A stretch of 63,456 nt of DNA, counting the filler, from Bonamia ostreae (lineage: Eukaryota), in NCBI GenBank assembly GCA_040357525.1. It is 39 parts of 39 records of this genome, joined end to end, with 100 filler letters (N's around TTAATTAATTAA, not from the genome) between each part and the next. Parts side by side here need not be neighbours in the genome. Positions count along the whole stretch, not along the records: positions 61,942 to 63,456 come from JBDODL010001685.1; 38 more parts are not named here. One strand, 5' to 3'. Each line of letters opens with the position of its first letter. Position 1 is the first letter of the stretch. Shown here one piece after another: positions 62,401-63,456 of this stretch. Both the position numbers and the translations under genes were made by a program. The notes under the pieces are model-generated. The model searched no databases. It was not told the origin of the DNA and was given only the letters and a program-made list of their open reading frames with translations.

Positions 62401-63456
62401 TTTATAAGTACATGTAGTCATCTTAGCCTGTGGGCTTGTTTAATGATTTCTAATCCTATTGGAAATCTTGACAGTTATTTGATACTCTACCTCGCAAAAT
62501 TTAAATTTTCAAAGATTGTATTTATCTCAATGCCCAGCATGGATCTTAAGCTAGGTTGTATCATTTAAATATTGCTTGTGTGGCATGACAAACTAGAGTT
62601 ATTCATCAATGATGTAAAATAAAATAGTTAACATTGCATTCAAAGGTATGTTGATAAAAGCACACTTTCGACTTCAATACTTAAATAGTTTTTAATTCAT
62701 TAGTCTATTTTTTTCGTATGTAGACCACATACATATACTAGAGTCTGATTTCTAGGTTTTACGCTTTCAAGGACTTTTTCTTATGTGAAATTAGTTGTTT
62801 GCGCNNNNNNNNNNTTGTATTCTTGATAGGAATTACAACATTGATGTCTGTTCGTTTTCTTCACCTTTCGTAATATACTGTCTGATAAAGCAAAATATAT
62901 TTAAATTGTTTAAGGGAACCCAATATATACTTACACATCAACATCATTTAAAGATAATTCAAATGCATGTATATGTGGTTTGATCTTTTTTTCTGACTGC
63001 ACAACACAGTGAATACATAGTGAATGTCAACAACGTCAATAATTGAACAGTGTTTATTACCCTAAGCTGCTTGCGTCACACTTTAAGTGAAATACTGTAT
63101 TGTGTCCCCTGTAAATGATATGTTTGTATTAAACACGGTGTATATATACAATTTCGCAATTATTATAAACTACGTGTATCTGAATTTGCAATGTTAACAG
63201 GGCAAAACGGGTCATCCGCCATTTTCATTCTTCTTTTTTCTTTTAATTTTAAATAAAAACATTTATTAAAGATAATGCATCAACGCTCCAATTATTTTCA
63301 TAAATCGATCAGATCATTAACCTCACCCTGTTATTTAGTCACTGCTGGTATGTACGTTGTTTCACATCACCCATCTGATCGCCAGAAGGTATAACTTTGA
63401 AGGGAAAAGGCATGTGCGAGAGCAGGTAATTGATTTTAACATATTTTATTGTATGA

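Noticed and set aside
1-63456. Gene-neighbourhood or horizontal-transfer stories linking phage, protist and animal genes, such as a GPI cluster of PIG-C and DPM3
   Set aside because: The genes lie on different contigs ordered only by length, so adjacency carries no information.

Overview
This window is not one locus. It is 39 unrelated contigs of about 1.5 kb, sorted by decreasing length (1543 to 1515 nt) and joined by 38 artificial 100-nt linkers (N44-TTAATTAATTAA-N44), so adjacency across a linker means nothing. Three sources can be told apart. (1) One bacterial, Firmicutes-type phage contig (1-1543). It carries Shine-Dalgarno-led ORFs, an unannotated 23-aa basic peptide, a BppU-like ORF and a candidate anti-Shine-Dalgarno small RNA. 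(2) About 21 mostly non-coding animal contigs, probably oyster, with a Cg170-like repeat and relics of Harbinger, mariner, Academ and Gypsy elements. (3) About 17 contigs from a compact, AT-rich unicellular eukaryote using the standard genetic code. Its genes include CIAO2B/MIP18, DDX6, PIG-C, DPM3, FAD synthetase, CAP-G, a DOCK GEF, ELP1, UTP4, a HECT ligase, an SLC1 transporter, a lamin-tail protein and a GRK-like RGS protein. These genes are split by ultra-short introns (19-27 nt) with an unusual GTT...AAG bias, intergenic spacers can be about 65 nt, and a WAGCTY motif recurs just upstream of start codons. An ascetosporean oyster parasite (Bonamia/Haplosporidium-like) is the best inference, but it is not proven. 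All homology calls come from motifs recognised by eye; no searches were run.
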